The notes below the pieces were generated by a model. That model ran no database searches, was not told the origin of the DNA, and worked only from the letters and a program-made list of their open reading frames with translations. The translations under genes and the position numbers were made by a program. Source: Octopus sinensis (taxonomy: Eukaryota). From it: a stretch of 64,000 nucleotides of DNA. The DNA lies in NCBI RefSeq assembly GCF_006345805.1, contig NC_042999.1:2604001-2668000 (forward strand), written 5' to 3'. Of this stretch, positions 47,503-61,759 are shown piece after piece; positions within the stretch are counted from its first letter, which is position 1, and each line of letters begins with the position of its first letter.

Positions 47503-47974
47503 AGCCCAAATTTGATAAATAGCACAACACTAAAATGACAAACAATAAAGAATGATTTTCAATTGTAAAGATATCCAACCATAGAAAACTTGTCGAAAAC
47601 ACAATGTAACAAAACTTTTTTTTGGGGGGGGGGGGTCTTTTGTCAGTAAATGTTATTTCCAATTTGCTTCTTTTTAGAAATCAATAGAAATGACAACTCT
47701 TCCCGTCAAACCTTGCTTTTCTGACCTGGATGTGAATGTCTTGAAACTGACCTATTTTCCATTACATTTCAGACAGAATCAGTGTTGAGACGCCAAAGCA
47801 GAAATATCAGCAAATATTCTGTTCATTACCACAAATTTGAATGTCAGTTGCTTGACCTTAGCCACTTGAGCATGTCCCTTTGTGGCTGACAATATGTGCA
47901 TCTCTGATCATGAGCAGGAGTAGTGGGGGAGCATTATAGCTATGCTCTGGCAGCGATCATGCTTGGGTGGTGCT

Positions 47975-48085
47975 CTTAGCACTCCACTGGCACAGGTACC
48001 AGTCATCGAATCTGCGAATTTGATTTGATTTCAACTTCACTTGCCTCAACAGGTCTTCGCAAGCAGAGTTTAGTGTCTAAGGAAC
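47975..48085 (-). mobile_element. Single-copy fragment of the RTE 3' UTR array unit
   Basis: Reverse complement of GAAGACCTGTTGAGGCAAGTGAA..AATCAAATCAAA..GGTACC.GTGCCAGTGG. Confidence 0.7.
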
Positions 48086-49336
48086 AACAAAGCAGACACA
48101 AAATGACCATGAAATTGTCACATGGAGTGTTTGTTGGCTGGTCTGAAGCAAAATGTATTTCTTAGGTTGCTTGAATAAGTAACTAACAACATCAACAAAC
48201 ATTTAACAAACAATTTTATTACTTCACATAACGTTTAAGTGTATTGGTCTTTTTACAATAACAACAGCAATAATTACATACTGAGTGAGATATACTTCTT
48301 GGTGTTTATGGCAAGTTCACTGATTCAACAACATGTAGGGCTGGTCTGACATCACTTGAAACAGTTGTACAATATTCGTGGTGACATATTTCTATCACCT
48401 GTCTGCAATCTGATGTTGATTGGTTGCTTCATAGACTGATCACATGAAACTACTGTGGTTCAGCCGTGATGCATGACCCATTATCTAGTGGTTCAGTTTC
48501 GAATCACTGCTACAATATACATCACACAAATACGTACACACGTGCACACACAAATACACATGAATCCATGGTTTGTATACAAAGTTGCAGAAGAAGTGTT
48601 GTAATTGAGTTTGTTATTCTACAGAAGGGAAACAATGCCACACTCTCAGTTCCATCCTCTGAGTCTAACCTAACCTTCCATATAACAGAAGAATCTAAAG
48701 AAAGAGGCAATCGATTCTTATAAATTAAGTGAATTGCAATAAAATTTGTAATTTAATTCTTCGGGTGAAAAATTCTGCCATCTCAATTTAGATTTAACAA
48801 TTACCAAGAAACTAAAGTAATTAGCACTCCACTGCAGATACTTTTCCAATTCCATCAACTCATATATCAAGCTCACTGTCTCTGTCTCTCTTTTTTGTCT
48901 CTCTTTCTTTCTTTCCCCCTTTGCCTCTTCTCTCTTTCTTTCTCTCTCTCTCTGTCTCTCTAACAATCTATCTGTCTGCTTATCTACCTCTTATCTGGAT
49001 CTCTTCACGTTGGTAGCTACTTCTCTTTCTCTTCTCTCTTTCACTCTTTCTCTCTGTCGTTCTCTTTCTCGCTCTATGTGTGTGTTGTATGTATGTGTGT
49101 CCGTTTGTGTTGCATTCTGTTTCAATCTCTCCATTCCTCTCCCTCTCCATATCACTCTCCTTCTCACTCTTCATCAAGTATACAAATACACACACGCAAA
49201 TATACATACATGCACATACACGTACACACATGCAGGTTCTTATTCATCATATTTTATATAGATCTCTATTATATTCTCTAACTAACTGGATATCAATGTC
49301 TTTATATCTACCTACATGCATAGGTATATAATATAA

Positions 49337-49379
<43 letters not shown>

Positions 49380-49416
49380 GAGACAGACAGACAGACAGAC
49401 AGAGAATATATATATG

Positions 49417-49469
<53 letters not shown>

Positions 49470-49500
49470 TACATATATACATATATATATTCTGTGTATA

Positions 49501-50753
49501 TTGGGTCATCCTCTAAATAATACCGTTTTTTATACTTCTTTTATTTTTCAAAATTAAGATAAACAAAGTTATTTTTTATTCTAAAATATACTCTCCTTTA
49601 TTTTCTACAATGCCCTTCCATCTATCTGGTAGACTTGCAAGGTTCCTCTTCCAACAGTGATGAAAAATACTCCTCCATACTCATCTACGGAATTCATATT
49701 TTTTCTGTCCAAATAATTTTGAAGACTACGGAATAAATGATAATGAGATGTGGCAGTCTTTGGCAAATATGGAGGGTGGGGCATCGTTTCCCATTCAAAC
49801 TGTTCCAGGCTTTGGAATTTGATCCTTGCAGTATGTGGCTGATCATTATCCTCATGGAAGAACACCATTCATCTTGAAACCAAAGATGGTCGTTTTGCTT
49901 CTAGCACTGACATAAGCCACTCAAGCAGCTTGCAGTAAATTTCCTTTGTTATCATATGGTTTGGGTTTAAAAGCTCAAAGTGAACCAAACCTTTCATATC
50001 CCGCCAAACAGATAGCAACCCCTTATGTGGGTGAAGAGCTTCTTTAGTCCGAGATGCCACTTTTCCTACCCACCTTCTTCTACACTTCATATTTTCATAA
50101 AGAACCCATTTCTTGTTGCCAGTCACTATTCCATCCAAAAAAGGTTCACTCATGAGATGTGGCAGCAAAGAAGAGCACACATTTTCTCTCTGTGCATGAT
50201 TAGACTCGAAAAGTTTATGAGGAACCCAATGACCCAATTTGATGACTTTTCCTATGGCATGCAGGTGTCGATGAATGGTTGAATGACCAAATCCAAGCTT
50301 CTCTGCTAGTTCCTCAACAGTTACGATGGGATTTTGTTCCACCAGGGCTTGCAGGATGTCCTCATTGAGCTCTACAGATCTTCTAGGATGAGGCTTGTCT
50401 TGTAGGCTGTAGTTTCGGACTCAGAATTTCTGGAACCACCATTGACACTGGTTTACACTCATTGTCCAATTCCCATATACTGCATTAATATTCCTCACAC
50501 TTTCCATTGCCTGGCTGCTTTTATTGAACTCATAAAGCAAAACATGCCAATATGCTCCTTTGAAACTTCCATAATAGCTTTAAAAAATATCTATTACAAT
50601 CAAACTGCACTCTTAAAAACTTGCAATAAAAATAAGGACAAGGTAAAATTACTACCTGCTTTTATAGCAAGATGATGCAGGTAGTTTATTCCATCCCCCT
50701 CCGACTTTTAGCTCATGCAATTGAAAAGCTGCATTATTTATGGGATGACCCAA
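49501..50753 (-). mobile_element. Full-length mariner fossil (third family)
   Basis: 23-bp TIRs TTGGGTCATCC..TAAATAAT.C (3 mismatches), both TA-flanked; 1253 bp; fragments WVPHKL, IVTGNKKW, EDNDQPH and HPPYLP. Confidence 0.92.
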
Positions 50754-51430
50754 TATAAATATTGATATATACTGAATATATATGTACATGTGTGTGTGTG
50801 CGTATATGTAATATATATATATATATACAGTATATATAGGTTGAAAAGTAACACCCGAGTTGATATATATAAGTAAAATAAGACAAGGTAGAAAATGCTA
50901 AAATATTTCTATCATGAAGAACATTTTGTAACGGTTAATACTGGTTTAAGGCTTTTCGACTTTTACAACTAGGAATAAAATGAAAGTGGATAGTAATTAA
51001 GATAAAAAACAATTAAATTGAAGAAAAAATTAAATGAAATGTTTTGTAAATATTTCCATAGTCTTCAAATAGGTAGGACATTTTTCTTTTCTTCTGCCTG
51101 TCTCTCTTTCTTTTCCTTTGTGAAGCCTCGGAAAGTAGTAGCAGATCTGAAAAATGTATTGAAATTCAGGTCATGGCAGACAGAGAGGATGTTTTTGAAG
51201 CCAAGGATTTTGAACTTACAGAGACAATATTTACATATCACCTGACGAAATACAACTAGATCTCATAATGCAGGGAAACAGTTGTATAATCAAGTACCTG
51301 CACACTTGGAGAACTTCTTGATTGGAAACAATTGTAGTGATCAAAAAATAAATGTCCAATCATACTCTTTATTGACTCCAATTATTTCAATTATATATAT
51401 ATTTGTATGTATATATACTTTCATGTGTAT

Positions 51431-51462
<32 letters not shown>

Positions 51463-51674
51463 ATATATATATATATATATAATGTATGTATGTATGTCTA
51501 TAAAAATGTATTTGTACTACATACATGCATACATACACATCAATGTATCTATATTTAACTACATACATAGGTATATAACATAAAATATTATGTGTGTGTG
51601 TATGTATATAAATATATATCTGTGTGTATGTGTATATATATATGTGTGTGTGTATTTATAAATATATGTATAAA

Positions 51675-52275
51675 TATATGGATGAGGACAGCTGTGTAAA
51701 GAAGTGCCGATCTCTAACTGTAGAGGGAACCTGTGGTAGAGGTGGACCCAGGAAGACGGGACGAGGTGGTGAAGCAGGATCTTCGAACTTAGAGCCTCAT
51801 AGAAACAATAAGGAGTGACTGAGACCTTTAGCGATGTGCTGAGGGCCCGCCAAGCCAAATGAAATCATAGTTGTAGCAACTAGCATCTTTGCTGGTGGCA
51901 CGTAAAGAGCATCTTTCGAGCTTTGGGTCTCACGGAGACAAAGTGGCTGAGTTCCTTTCGAACATTGGGCCTCACGGAGACAATGACCAAGACCTTTGGC
52001 ATTATGTCATGCTTTAAAAGAAGACCCATCAAGCCAAGCAAAATTGCAGTTATGGCAGATACCGGTGTCATGCAAATGGCACCTGTGCCAGTGGCACATA
52101 AAAGCACCCATTACACTCCCGGACTGGTTGGCGTTAGGAAGGACATCGAGTTGTAGAAAACCATACCAAATCAAACTGGACTGTGGTGTAGCTTTCCAGC
52201 ATGCCAGCTTGTTAAAATCATCCAATTCATGCCAGCGTGGACAAGGCACATCAAAATAATGATGATGATGATAAT
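51675..52275 (+). mobile_element. 5'-truncated RTE sibling subfamily (C-terminus plus a different 3' UTR)
   Basis: MDEDSCVKKCRSLTVEGTCGRG.PRKT matches 41370-41450; standard terminus and (TGA)n tail. Confidence 0.85.
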
Positions 52276-52334
52276 GATGCTACTGCTGCTGATGATAATG
52301 ATATAATACGCGTATACACACACGCACACACGTA

Positions 52335-52728
52335 TATTCTTTTATTTGTTTCAGTCATTTGACTGTAGCCATGCTGGAGCACCACCTTTAGTCAAAGAAA
52401 TAGAACCCAGAACTTATTCTTTGTAAGCTTAGTACTTATTCTATCGCCCTCTTTTGCTGAACTGCTAATTTACAGGGACGTAAACACACCAACATCAGTT
52501 GTCAAGCGATGTTGGGGGACAAATACAGATACACAAACATACACACACACAAACACACACACACATATATATATATATACATACACAACAGGCAGCTTTC
52601 AGTTTCTGTCTACCAAATCCACTCACAAGGCTTTGGTTGGCCCGAGGCTATAGTAGTAGAAGACACTTGCCCAAGGTGCCACATAGTGGGACTGAAACCT
52701 GAACCATGTGGTTGGTAGGCAAGCTACA
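52335..52728 (-). mobile_element. SINE family A
   Basis: Reverse complement of family A. Confidence 0.85.
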
Positions 52729-53167
52729 TGCATATATATATATATATATATACATATAAATAAACGTATATATACTACAAACATACATATACATATGCAC
52801 ACATACACATACAAACACATTTGCACTTAAATACATGAGAAGTAGTGCCACGATTAGCTCTTTTGGCACTGCTACTCAATAAAGCAAAAGTTTATTCATT
52901 TTTATGTGCACACATGCTATAAATATAAATTTATAACAAAATACAAAGATACATACATTGCTATTTCAATAAACATCGCTTGCTTTCTTTCTGTGTGTCA
53001 CTTTACATTTACATTGTGTTGTACAATAGCTCTGGATTCAATGTAATTCTGTGTAATTTATTTAAACTTATTGACCACTTTGGTAAATTTTGCTTGAAAA
53101 TATGTCATTGTTTAGTAACATATTACACTCATACAACTATCTATCTATCCTCTGTGTGTGTATTCTT

Positions 53168-53563
53168 TCATTCTTTTACTTGTTTCAGTCATTTGACTGT
53201 GGCCATGCTGGAGCACCACCTTATTCTTTGTAAGCGTAGTACTTGTTCTATTGTTCCCTTTTGCCGAACCGCTAAGTTACAGGGACGTAAGCACACAAGC
53301 ATCGGTTGTCAAGCGACGTTGGAGGGACAAACACAGACACACAAACACATACATACATGTACATGCATACATATATATATATATGTATATATATATGCAT
53401 ATATACGATGGGCTTCTTTCAGTTTCCATCAACCAAATCCACTCATAAGGCTTTGGTCAGCCTGAGGCTATAGTAGAAGACACTTGCCCAAGGTGCCATG
53501 CAGTGGGATTGAAGCCAGAACCATGTGGTTGGTAAGCAAGCTTCTTACCACACAGCCACTCCT
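53168..53563 (-). mobile_element. SINE family A
   Basis: Reverse complement of family A with a small deletion. Confidence 0.85.
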
Positions 53564-53956
53564 ACGTGTATATATATATATGTATAATGTTTCTCTTTGT
53601 CGATTGTTTACTTTGTATGGCCACTCTGTCATTGTTTGTTCATTGAAAGCTCTAACTCTCCAGAAATTTTATATTTTTAAAATTTCTGAATGCTACTGTT
53701 TAATAAGGTTTCTCTGTATTGTCATTGAAAGCTCAAAATAGAGAGTAATTAACAATCAACAACTGAGGAAGGGTTAGACTTCTTGTGGTATTTTGTTCTG
53801 TACCTCTCTCTCATTATGTGATCACGTACTTTTCACTCGGTGATCTCCTGTCCTTATTGTATTTTTTTTTGTAATTTGTCCTGTACCAATCGCTCGTGTG
53901 TCTACATATTTTTCACTCGTTGGTGATGTCCTGCACTTGATTATTTTATATTTATT

Positions 53957-53993
<37 letters not shown>

Positions 53994-54084
53994 TAATCCA
54001 AACAAGAAAACAAAAACAAAAAACGCAAGGACGTGGAACAAATAAAGTATTATTGGACGCTCAGAAAAGAAGGGAAGAAGGAGG

Positions 54085-54119
54085 GTTTGAAGTTTCGAGT
54101 GGAGCTCTTCGTCGGAAAC
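54085..54119 (-). ncRNA. Degenerate minimal type-I hammerhead ribozyme motif (Penelope-like repeat)
   Basis: Minus strand GTTT C CGACGA A GAG CTCCA CTC GAAAC TTC AAAC: stems I and II can pair, but U4 is C and the G of GUC is altered. Confidence 0.5.
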
Positions 54120-54204
54120 ATAGGAGAAGGAAAGATCCCGAGAAGGGAAGACAGGGGAAAAAAATCGCTAGTGATATAGACGCGGTCACAATATATATAT
54201 ATAT

Positions 54205-54212
54205 ATATATAC

Positions 54213-54260
<48 letters not shown>

Positions 54261-54261
54261 G

Positions 54262-54359
<98 letters not shown>

Positions 54360-54362
54360 GAT
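54205..54362. repeat. (GATA)n/(GA)n microsatellite
   Basis: Direct reading. Confidence 0.95.
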
Positions 54363-54994
54363 AACAACAGGTAATTAAAACTGTGCCGATGCTTTACTCA
54401 ACATTCATTTACACATTTTGTACAATTTCTTCATTATTTATATATGAAAGCAAAATATGCAACTTGAAATACCATAAACATAAATATCACCAAAAAATAG
54501 CCACCAAGTTACATATCAAATATGGTGTAGACATTTTAACACCTAAAGCCTCACACATCACAATGAGACTATAAACCCAATTTCATTAATGACTCTTCTA
54601 TCAGAGCAATAAAGCTGCCCAAAACTGATGTTGGCATAATTAATATGAAAGTTAGTGACACCTTTATATCCAACAGGAAAATATTCCTCGCCTCAACCAC
54701 TCTGGAGCAGCACATGTAATAAGTTTTAATAACCTTAATCAAAATTTAGGCACCACTTCTTCCAGCTTTACATTAAGTATGGTATTATGAAGAAATTTCC
54801 TAATCAATATTTATTGCCGCTCTGCACTTTACCAAATCGATTAAACCAATAAAAGAACCAGAAATTGAAATGATATTACAAGCTAAGAAACCTTTTCTAT
54901 TTATAATAATAAACACTGGATACAGAAGAAAACTTCTGAATGACTGGGGCTCATAAAAAACCCCTACAGAGGATAGTGATACCATCAGACTATA

Positions 54995-55221
54995 CAGGGT
55001 TGGCCAAAGGTCACCTGATAGTAAATCAAAACCCGTTTAATTCCAACATTTATCTATGTTTAACAACTGAATGAATTAAATAAAAGCATCTATCAAACAT
55101 GAAAATTGTTCAAACTGAAGTCCTTCTTGAGTGAAACATTTTTCCATTTGAGTCAATACAGAATTACGAATAGTATGTATAGAATTTTAATTTACTGTCG
55201 GGTGACTTTTGGCCAACCCTG
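54995..55221. mobile_element. Tc1/mariner-type MITE, 227 bp
   Basis: 24-bp TIRs CAGGGTTGGCCAAA(G/A)GTCACC(T/C)GA (22/24 match); TA on the left, TG on the right. Confidence 0.85.
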
Positions 55222-55226
55222 TGTAT

Positions 55227-55525
55227 ATCATCATCATCATCATCATCATCATCCTCATTGTTTAACGTCTGCTTTCCATGCTAGCATGGGTTGGACGATT
55301 TGACTGAGGTCTGGCGAACCAGATGGCTGCACCAGACTCCAATGTTGATCTGGCAGAGTTTCTACAGCTGGATGCCCTTCCTAATGCCAACCACTCCGAG
55401 AGTGTAGTGGGTGCTTTTACGTGCCACCAGTCAGGCAGTACTGGCAACGGCAACTCTCAAATGATGTTTTTTACGTGCCACCCGCACAGGCGCAAGTCCA
55501 GCAGCACTAGCAACGACCTCACTTG
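55227..55525 (-). mobile_element. 5'-truncated RTE 3' UTR (sibling subfamily)
   Basis: (CAT)n, RTE terminus, and cassettes ending GTGGCACGTAAAA on the minus strand. Confidence 0.85.
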
Positions 55526-55857
55526 AATGTTTTTTCACATGCCACAGTATGCGTGTGTATGTGTGTGTGTGTGTGTATGTGCCAACATACATTGGCCCTT
55601 GAATCACTGTTGCTTCTGCTAAGTATCAAAATTATATATATGTGTATATATCTTTTACTTGTTTCAGACATTTGGCCGTGGCCATGCTGGGGCACTGCCT
55701 TGAAGAAGTTTTAGTTGACTGAATCGGCCCCAGCACTTAATTTTGTTAAGCATTTTACTTATTCTATCGGTCAATTTTACCAAAGCGCTAAGTCATGGGG
55801 ACACATGAATACCGGTTGTCAAGCAGTGAGGTGGGACAGACACAGTTACAAAAACGT

Positions 55858-55901
<44 letters not shown>

Positions 55902-57316
55902 ACACACAGATATGTGTGTGTGTATTATCGACACTGTATTTCAGGTGGATTTAACCATGAATATGGATTCCTTGTTAGAAACTTTAATCCACATTAGATA
56001 GATTTATGGAGGGAAAAATGTCTTTTGTTTTAATAAAAAAAATCTGGGTCCTCTTTTAGAGCTATCACATAACTTAAAGTAGTTAACATCCTTGGTGTGA
56101 AACAAAACACATAAACCTCCATTTACAATCCTTAAAATAACATGAAAATACAACATCCAACATATGCGTAAATTTTCCAACAACCTTTAAGGTATAATAA
56201 TCTATTTAAGAATCTTTTTTATCGAGACATTCTACTCTGTTATACAATGAAGTGGTATTCAACGAAATTGTGACAATCTTCACAAAGCACTCCATAATAG
56301 TGGGTACATAGAATAAGCTTAATATCCAAAGAACAGAAAAGGAAATTTTGTATACTTCAATCCATTATTTAAGATTCTAAACCTGCAACAGCTTATACTT
56401 CAGAATTTGTCAAAAACACTTTCACCAAAACCATTGAAAGACAAGTATAATGTTAACATAGCATTTTTACAATTAACCACTTTGGTAAACTATAGCTAAT
56501 TATATCCACTGACATTATTTAAATTTCAAAAACAAAACTAAATGCTTAGTCTAACTAACTGCAATTGTAACACACTTTTGTCGTGTCCTCTAAACAGAAA
56601 CTGTTTTGTTAATGCAATAATTTACAGTACAATGCAAACCACAAATATTACTACAGCAAAGCCATTCTTAAACATTCATTCAACTGCTGAGCAGTTAAAA
56701 AATTATACCCCGATGCATGCACACATTTGGTAATTTAAATGGGCAAAAACAAATCATCGCTTTATACGTATATATAATCCTTAAAGTCCAAAATCTTCCC
56801 CGATAATATTAACTGGAAAATTCCTTACATTTGCACAACCATGACCAGCAAACAATGAACCATGCCAACTTTGTACTACTGAATCCATTGAAAATATTAA
56901 ATTGTGCTGTAACACAAAGTTGGTTATTCTTGTAAACATTAAATGTTTAAAGTCTGAAAATATAATTAAGATAATTACAATCTTCACACCATAAAAACGA
57001 TTCAAGATTAAAAGCAGTCTGTCCCATTCTACCAATCTCAGAAGGTCTTCTCATAATGATTCCTTACATTCTCCTAAACATTGATGTTAGTTACCCGTAA
57101 AAATGTTTTAGTTTTATCAATCACTCAATCCCTCTCTCTCTATATATATATATATATACACACACACATACACACAAGTAAGTGGACAAACAAAAGAAGG
57201 GCACTCAACACATTCATTGGGAGTTATATGCATGGATTCAAATTCAAATTGGCTCGAGATTAGGGTCACACTTGAAACTTGGAGTACCAATGAATTTGAA
57301 TTCAACTGTTTTGATT

Positions 57317-57347
<31 letters not shown>

Positions 57348-58214
57348 TGTTTATGAGTGCACTAAAGGAAGGGCCTTTTATCATTGATATGCTTAATCAA
57401 AGCTGACATTAATCTAAACAACATGATACTATTGTTCTATTTATTGTCTCTCTCTTCTCTTTCTTTCTGTTTCTCTCTCTCCGCCTCTCCTCATATTTAT
57501 TTGCTCTACTGCATATTTTTCATGTGTTCCATTCTCTATGTGTACACACACACACATACACACATTTTCAAATATACTTTGCAGTGAGCATTTATAAGTA
57601 TTGTTCCATGTATACATCATTTCTGTCAGTTTATATGTGTGTATATATTTATTTTTCAGCTGATACAAACACCCATGTATGTCTGTATGCAAAGGCAGTG
57701 ATAAGAATTGGACATAAGTTGTGATAAGCAAATAAATAAATTATTCGATATATAGCGCTGTAAAAAATATATTTTATCATTGAGGCTATCGTTAATAGAT
57801 TTCCTGTATGTAAAAATATGGAAACTGCACAAGAGAAACCACAATAACTGATTATTGTTTCCTTGGAGAAATATGCCAAAGTGCTTATTGGCAGAGACAC
57901 ACTGGAATACAATAGGCAACGTGGTTAATAAATTATCTGTTAACCAAACAAGCAGAGAATTTTGCGTTAGGGTACCAAGTAGGGTTATATGTTAAAAAGC
58001 TAGCTTCATCTCAACTTAAATTCGTGTATGGCATATTTTTAAATCTTCACATTTCATATCAACTCTGTATATGTGCGCATATGTGTATGTATGTGTGTCA
58101 TTATTAAGTTTATTACAAGATTTCTTGCCAATACAGAAAGAACTGGTTTCTAACCTAGATCCAAGACTCTTTCACTGGAATTTCAACATCAAACACAAGG
58201 TTGTTTTTTTTTGT

Positions 58215-58526
58215 ATGTATGCATGTATATATGTATGTATGCATGTATGTATGTGCAGATTTGTATGTTTTATGTATGTATTCTTATGCATATACTTGCA
58301 TATCTAGACATACTCGTATATATTTAAATGATAAACTTCTGGAAAGTTTTACAGATTTTTACAGTTCCAGTGATGGATTGGATCTGTAGGCTTCAAATCA
58401 GCTTTCCCCTTTCTGGTTTTGAGAAGCCTAATTTCTCAAGATTGGTATTTAGGCAGTGTGTTACAAATCCCAGGGCCCCAATAATTACCTGAACTTGTAA
58501 TCTGAATATGTAATCCAGATATGTAA
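58215..58526 (-). mobile_element. Second, shorter copy of the (CATA)n-bounded RLE LINE
   Basis: Colinear with 16560-16835 (TTAAATGATAAACTTCTGGAAAGTTTTA...); (TATG)n on both sides. Confidence 0.85.
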
Positions 58527-59705
58527 TCTGTATGTATGTATGTATGTATGTATGCATATGAATGAATGTATGTGTGTTTTTCTCTTCAGTGATGAGCTGG
58601 CAAAATCATTAGCGCATGTGACAAAATTCTTAGAAACATTTCTTTTAGTTGAATACGTTGTAAGTTCAAATACTATCAAAGGCAGCTTAGCCTCTGATCC
58701 TTTGAGGGTCAATAAAATAAAATACCAGTCAAGTCCAGTACTGGGGTCGATGTCATCAACTAACCCCACCTCATAAAATTACTGGCCTTGTGCTGAAATT
58801 TTAAACAATTATATATATGTTTTTTTCTGTTTGCTTTGTTTATCTTTTGTTCAATCCTGACAAAAAAAATACAACACAGTATCACTTTATTTTCATCTTA
58901 AAATTCTTGATAACAGATACAGAATATACACCTTGCTTCTCAGCCTTTTAATCTATTACTAGCACCACCACCACAACTGTCAACGACATCAATGAGGTGT
59001 TACATTCCTGAAAATCTTGCTATAATGAGATGTTCCATGATTCCAAACCTATTTTACCATCGACCTCAATGTTAGATGGAACTCAATGAAAACAGAATGC
59101 AATGAGAAAATATTCCACATTATGACAAAACACTCGTGAATGTAATATTTCTATAACATTTGATGCTTGTACTTATTTTTTATAAAAGGCATAAAATCTA
59201 TTGTTTATTTTCATTAACGGCCCTGATATTGGCACACTGATAGCTGACTGGACCAGGAATAGTTTTAATTACCTGCATACCACGACAGCTCTGTGTGACC
59301 AGGGTAGATATTCGTCTTGTTTGTACACAATGTAGTGACATAGAAAAATGCTAAACAAATACAAGACAAAAATATGTATCTACAAAGCATAGTAAAAACC
59401 CAATTATAGAGATATTTGCCAGGAAAACCAAGTAAAATGTTAATTTTCTGTCACAGAAAATATCTGGCTTGTGTTTGTTACTGCCATTATCTTCAGGTGC
59501 CCTTGTTCGTATGACTATTATAAGAAAGTATTTAATACCTAAGGACCATGAATATGAATGCAAAAACAACAGATCTTTTAAAATTATTTTTCCTGCTAAA
59601 GTTATAAGGCCCATAACTATTTTCATTTTGAACTGAGCTCTTCGTGATCCCTTTTACAAGTAATGTTTTACAGTTGAATGCCCTTTGCAAATGCTATTTC
59701 TTGAT

Positions 59706-60080
59706 ATATTTCTTGAGCACCTTTTCAAACTCCACCCATCTAACACCCGTGGACATGTTTACAAAGTCAGAAAACAGCACAGCTCCCATGACTTTCGGAA
59801 ACATTTTTTCACGCTAAGAGTTGCTGAAGCATGGAACAAACTGCCGGCATCAGTTGTTAGTTGTCGGAGCACTGCATCCTTCAAAACTTCCATGCTTCCT
59901 GAGATTCGCCAACACTATACCTGATTTTCTCCCCTCCATACACACACAAGCATCTATCTGACTCATACACTGTTCACTTCCCAGACATTTCTACATTACT
60001 GCATATGCTTTATATGCACTGTCTGACAAATTGTGATGCACCTGAGCACTGTATACAATAATTTCATTATTATTATTATT
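59706..60080 (+). mobile_element. 5'-truncated CR1-type LINE 3' end
   Basis: NTRGH.YK..RKHFFTLRVAEAWNKLPASVV..STASFK C-terminal motif; (ATT)n tail. Confidence 0.85.
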
Positions 60081-61286
60081 AGCCTCAAGAATTTGATGTA
60101 GTATCCCTATTTGCATAAGATGTGACTAAATGAGTTACAAAGTAAAAGGTGTAAAAATGCAACTGATGTAGTTTATTCAAACGAAGCCAACAGGTAAAAT
60201 GGCTTTAGAACATAAGCAGGTGACAAAACAACTTGATGGCAAGTGGACCCCTGTGCCATTAGAATCCATATATAGGGGCCCATGTTAGTATCTAAGAGGC
60301 TCATCCCCTCAAGTTTGAGAATATTTTATTCTCTATTGGAAGAATGCATTAATTATTTCAGCCTGGCTGTGTTTGTAGACAGTTAAAAAGAATACTTTTA
60401 ACAAAAAAAAAAAAATTAAATTATAGCATTGTAGTTGTGATGGGCTCCCTTAGTCTCCTGGCAACCAATATTTTTAGACCCAGTCCACTGCTGCATGCAG
60501 ACACACACACACCCCTGCACACTTGTGTGTGTGTGTGTGTGTGTGTATGTGCTGCTGTTTATGGATTCTGCAGAGTTCTAGCCTCAAAAATTCTGCTCAC
60601 TGGGGACTGGACAACCTGATGTAATGGTAGATGTTATTTGCATAAGGTGCAGTGCAGCCATGCATGCACCCATCATTATGAACCATTAAAATCGTATTAA
60701 TCAATCAAGGAATAGTGCATTCTATCATAATTACAGATATCTTGACAACATTAGGATAATCATATGCACATGTGTGTGTATGTGTGAGTGAGTATGTAAA
60801 TATATTCATATATATATATATATATATATCTGACCTCTAAGCTACATTTACATTAAATCAATCACCCAGCATGTTAATATTCCTGGCAGTTGTGTTATTA
60901 AAGTGCAATAAAACAAACACAGAACTTTGTATCGTGAAAATAAATTGGATCAAGACAACATATCAACACAATAAGGCCAGTGGTCGAGGCATGAATATAA
61001 GCGCTTAAAACTGGTACAAAATGAACGAAGGGAGAACAGCCAGTTGTTGACATCATTGCTGTTGTTCAACCCCGGACCAACACTGATGGAGAGTGATATG
61101 GTCAGAAGCATTCTTGTCAAGATCAATCCATCTTTTATTCCAATGTGCAAGAAGCCTAAGGATATAATCATTTAAGTGAAGTGTAATTTAAGTGAGATTT
61201 AGCTGCTATATTGAGCAGGTTGAACAATCAAGAAGAGGTCATCAAGTACTTTGTTTTATTTGTTAGATGCCAAATTAGCATACTAT

Positions 61287-61496
61287 TTTACTCTCTTACT
61301 TGTTTCAGTCATTTGACTGTGGCCATGCTGGAGCACCGCCTTTAGTCAAGCAAATCGACCCCAGGACTTATTCTTTGTAAGCCTAGTACTTATTCTATCG
61401 GTCTCTTATGCTGAACCGCTAAGTTATGTGGACTTAAACACACCAGCATCGGTTGTCAAGCGATGTTGGGAGACAAACACAGACACACAAACATAT

Positions 61497-61529
<33 letters not shown>

Positions 61530-61700
61530 CACATATATATACGATGGGCTTCTTTCAGTATCCATCTACTAAATCCACTCATAAGGTTTTGGTCCGCCCG
61601 AGGCTACAGTAGAAGACACTTGCCCAAGGTGCCATGTAGTGGGCCTGAACCCGGAACTGTGTGGTTGGTAAGCAAGCTACTTACCACACAACCACTCCTA
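61287..61700 (-). mobile_element. SINE family A, full length
   Basis: Reverse complement of family A. Confidence 0.9.
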
Positions 61701-61759
61701 TGCGTTATACTTAATTTAATGAACCAAAAGTTGTTTTAATTAAAGTTACTGTAATAATC

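Noticed and set aside
51235-51290. Third hammerhead (CTGACGA ... GAAAC)
   Set aside because: The complementary segments (ATACAACT/AGTTGTAT) enclose the GAAAC rather than closing before it, so the topology is wrong.
56781-59640. Hydrophobic ORFs (56781-57035, 57649-57919, 59351-59626) as membrane-protein exons
   Set aside because: AT-rich DNA yields hydrophobic frames by default; I found no recognisable family motif or consistent exon phases.
60950-61171. Unique-looking coding-like segment, including LLLFNPGP as a 2A-like peptide
   Set aside because: It lacks the D(V/I)E residues of the 2A motif; several frames are partly open but none is recognisable or bounded by both splice sites.
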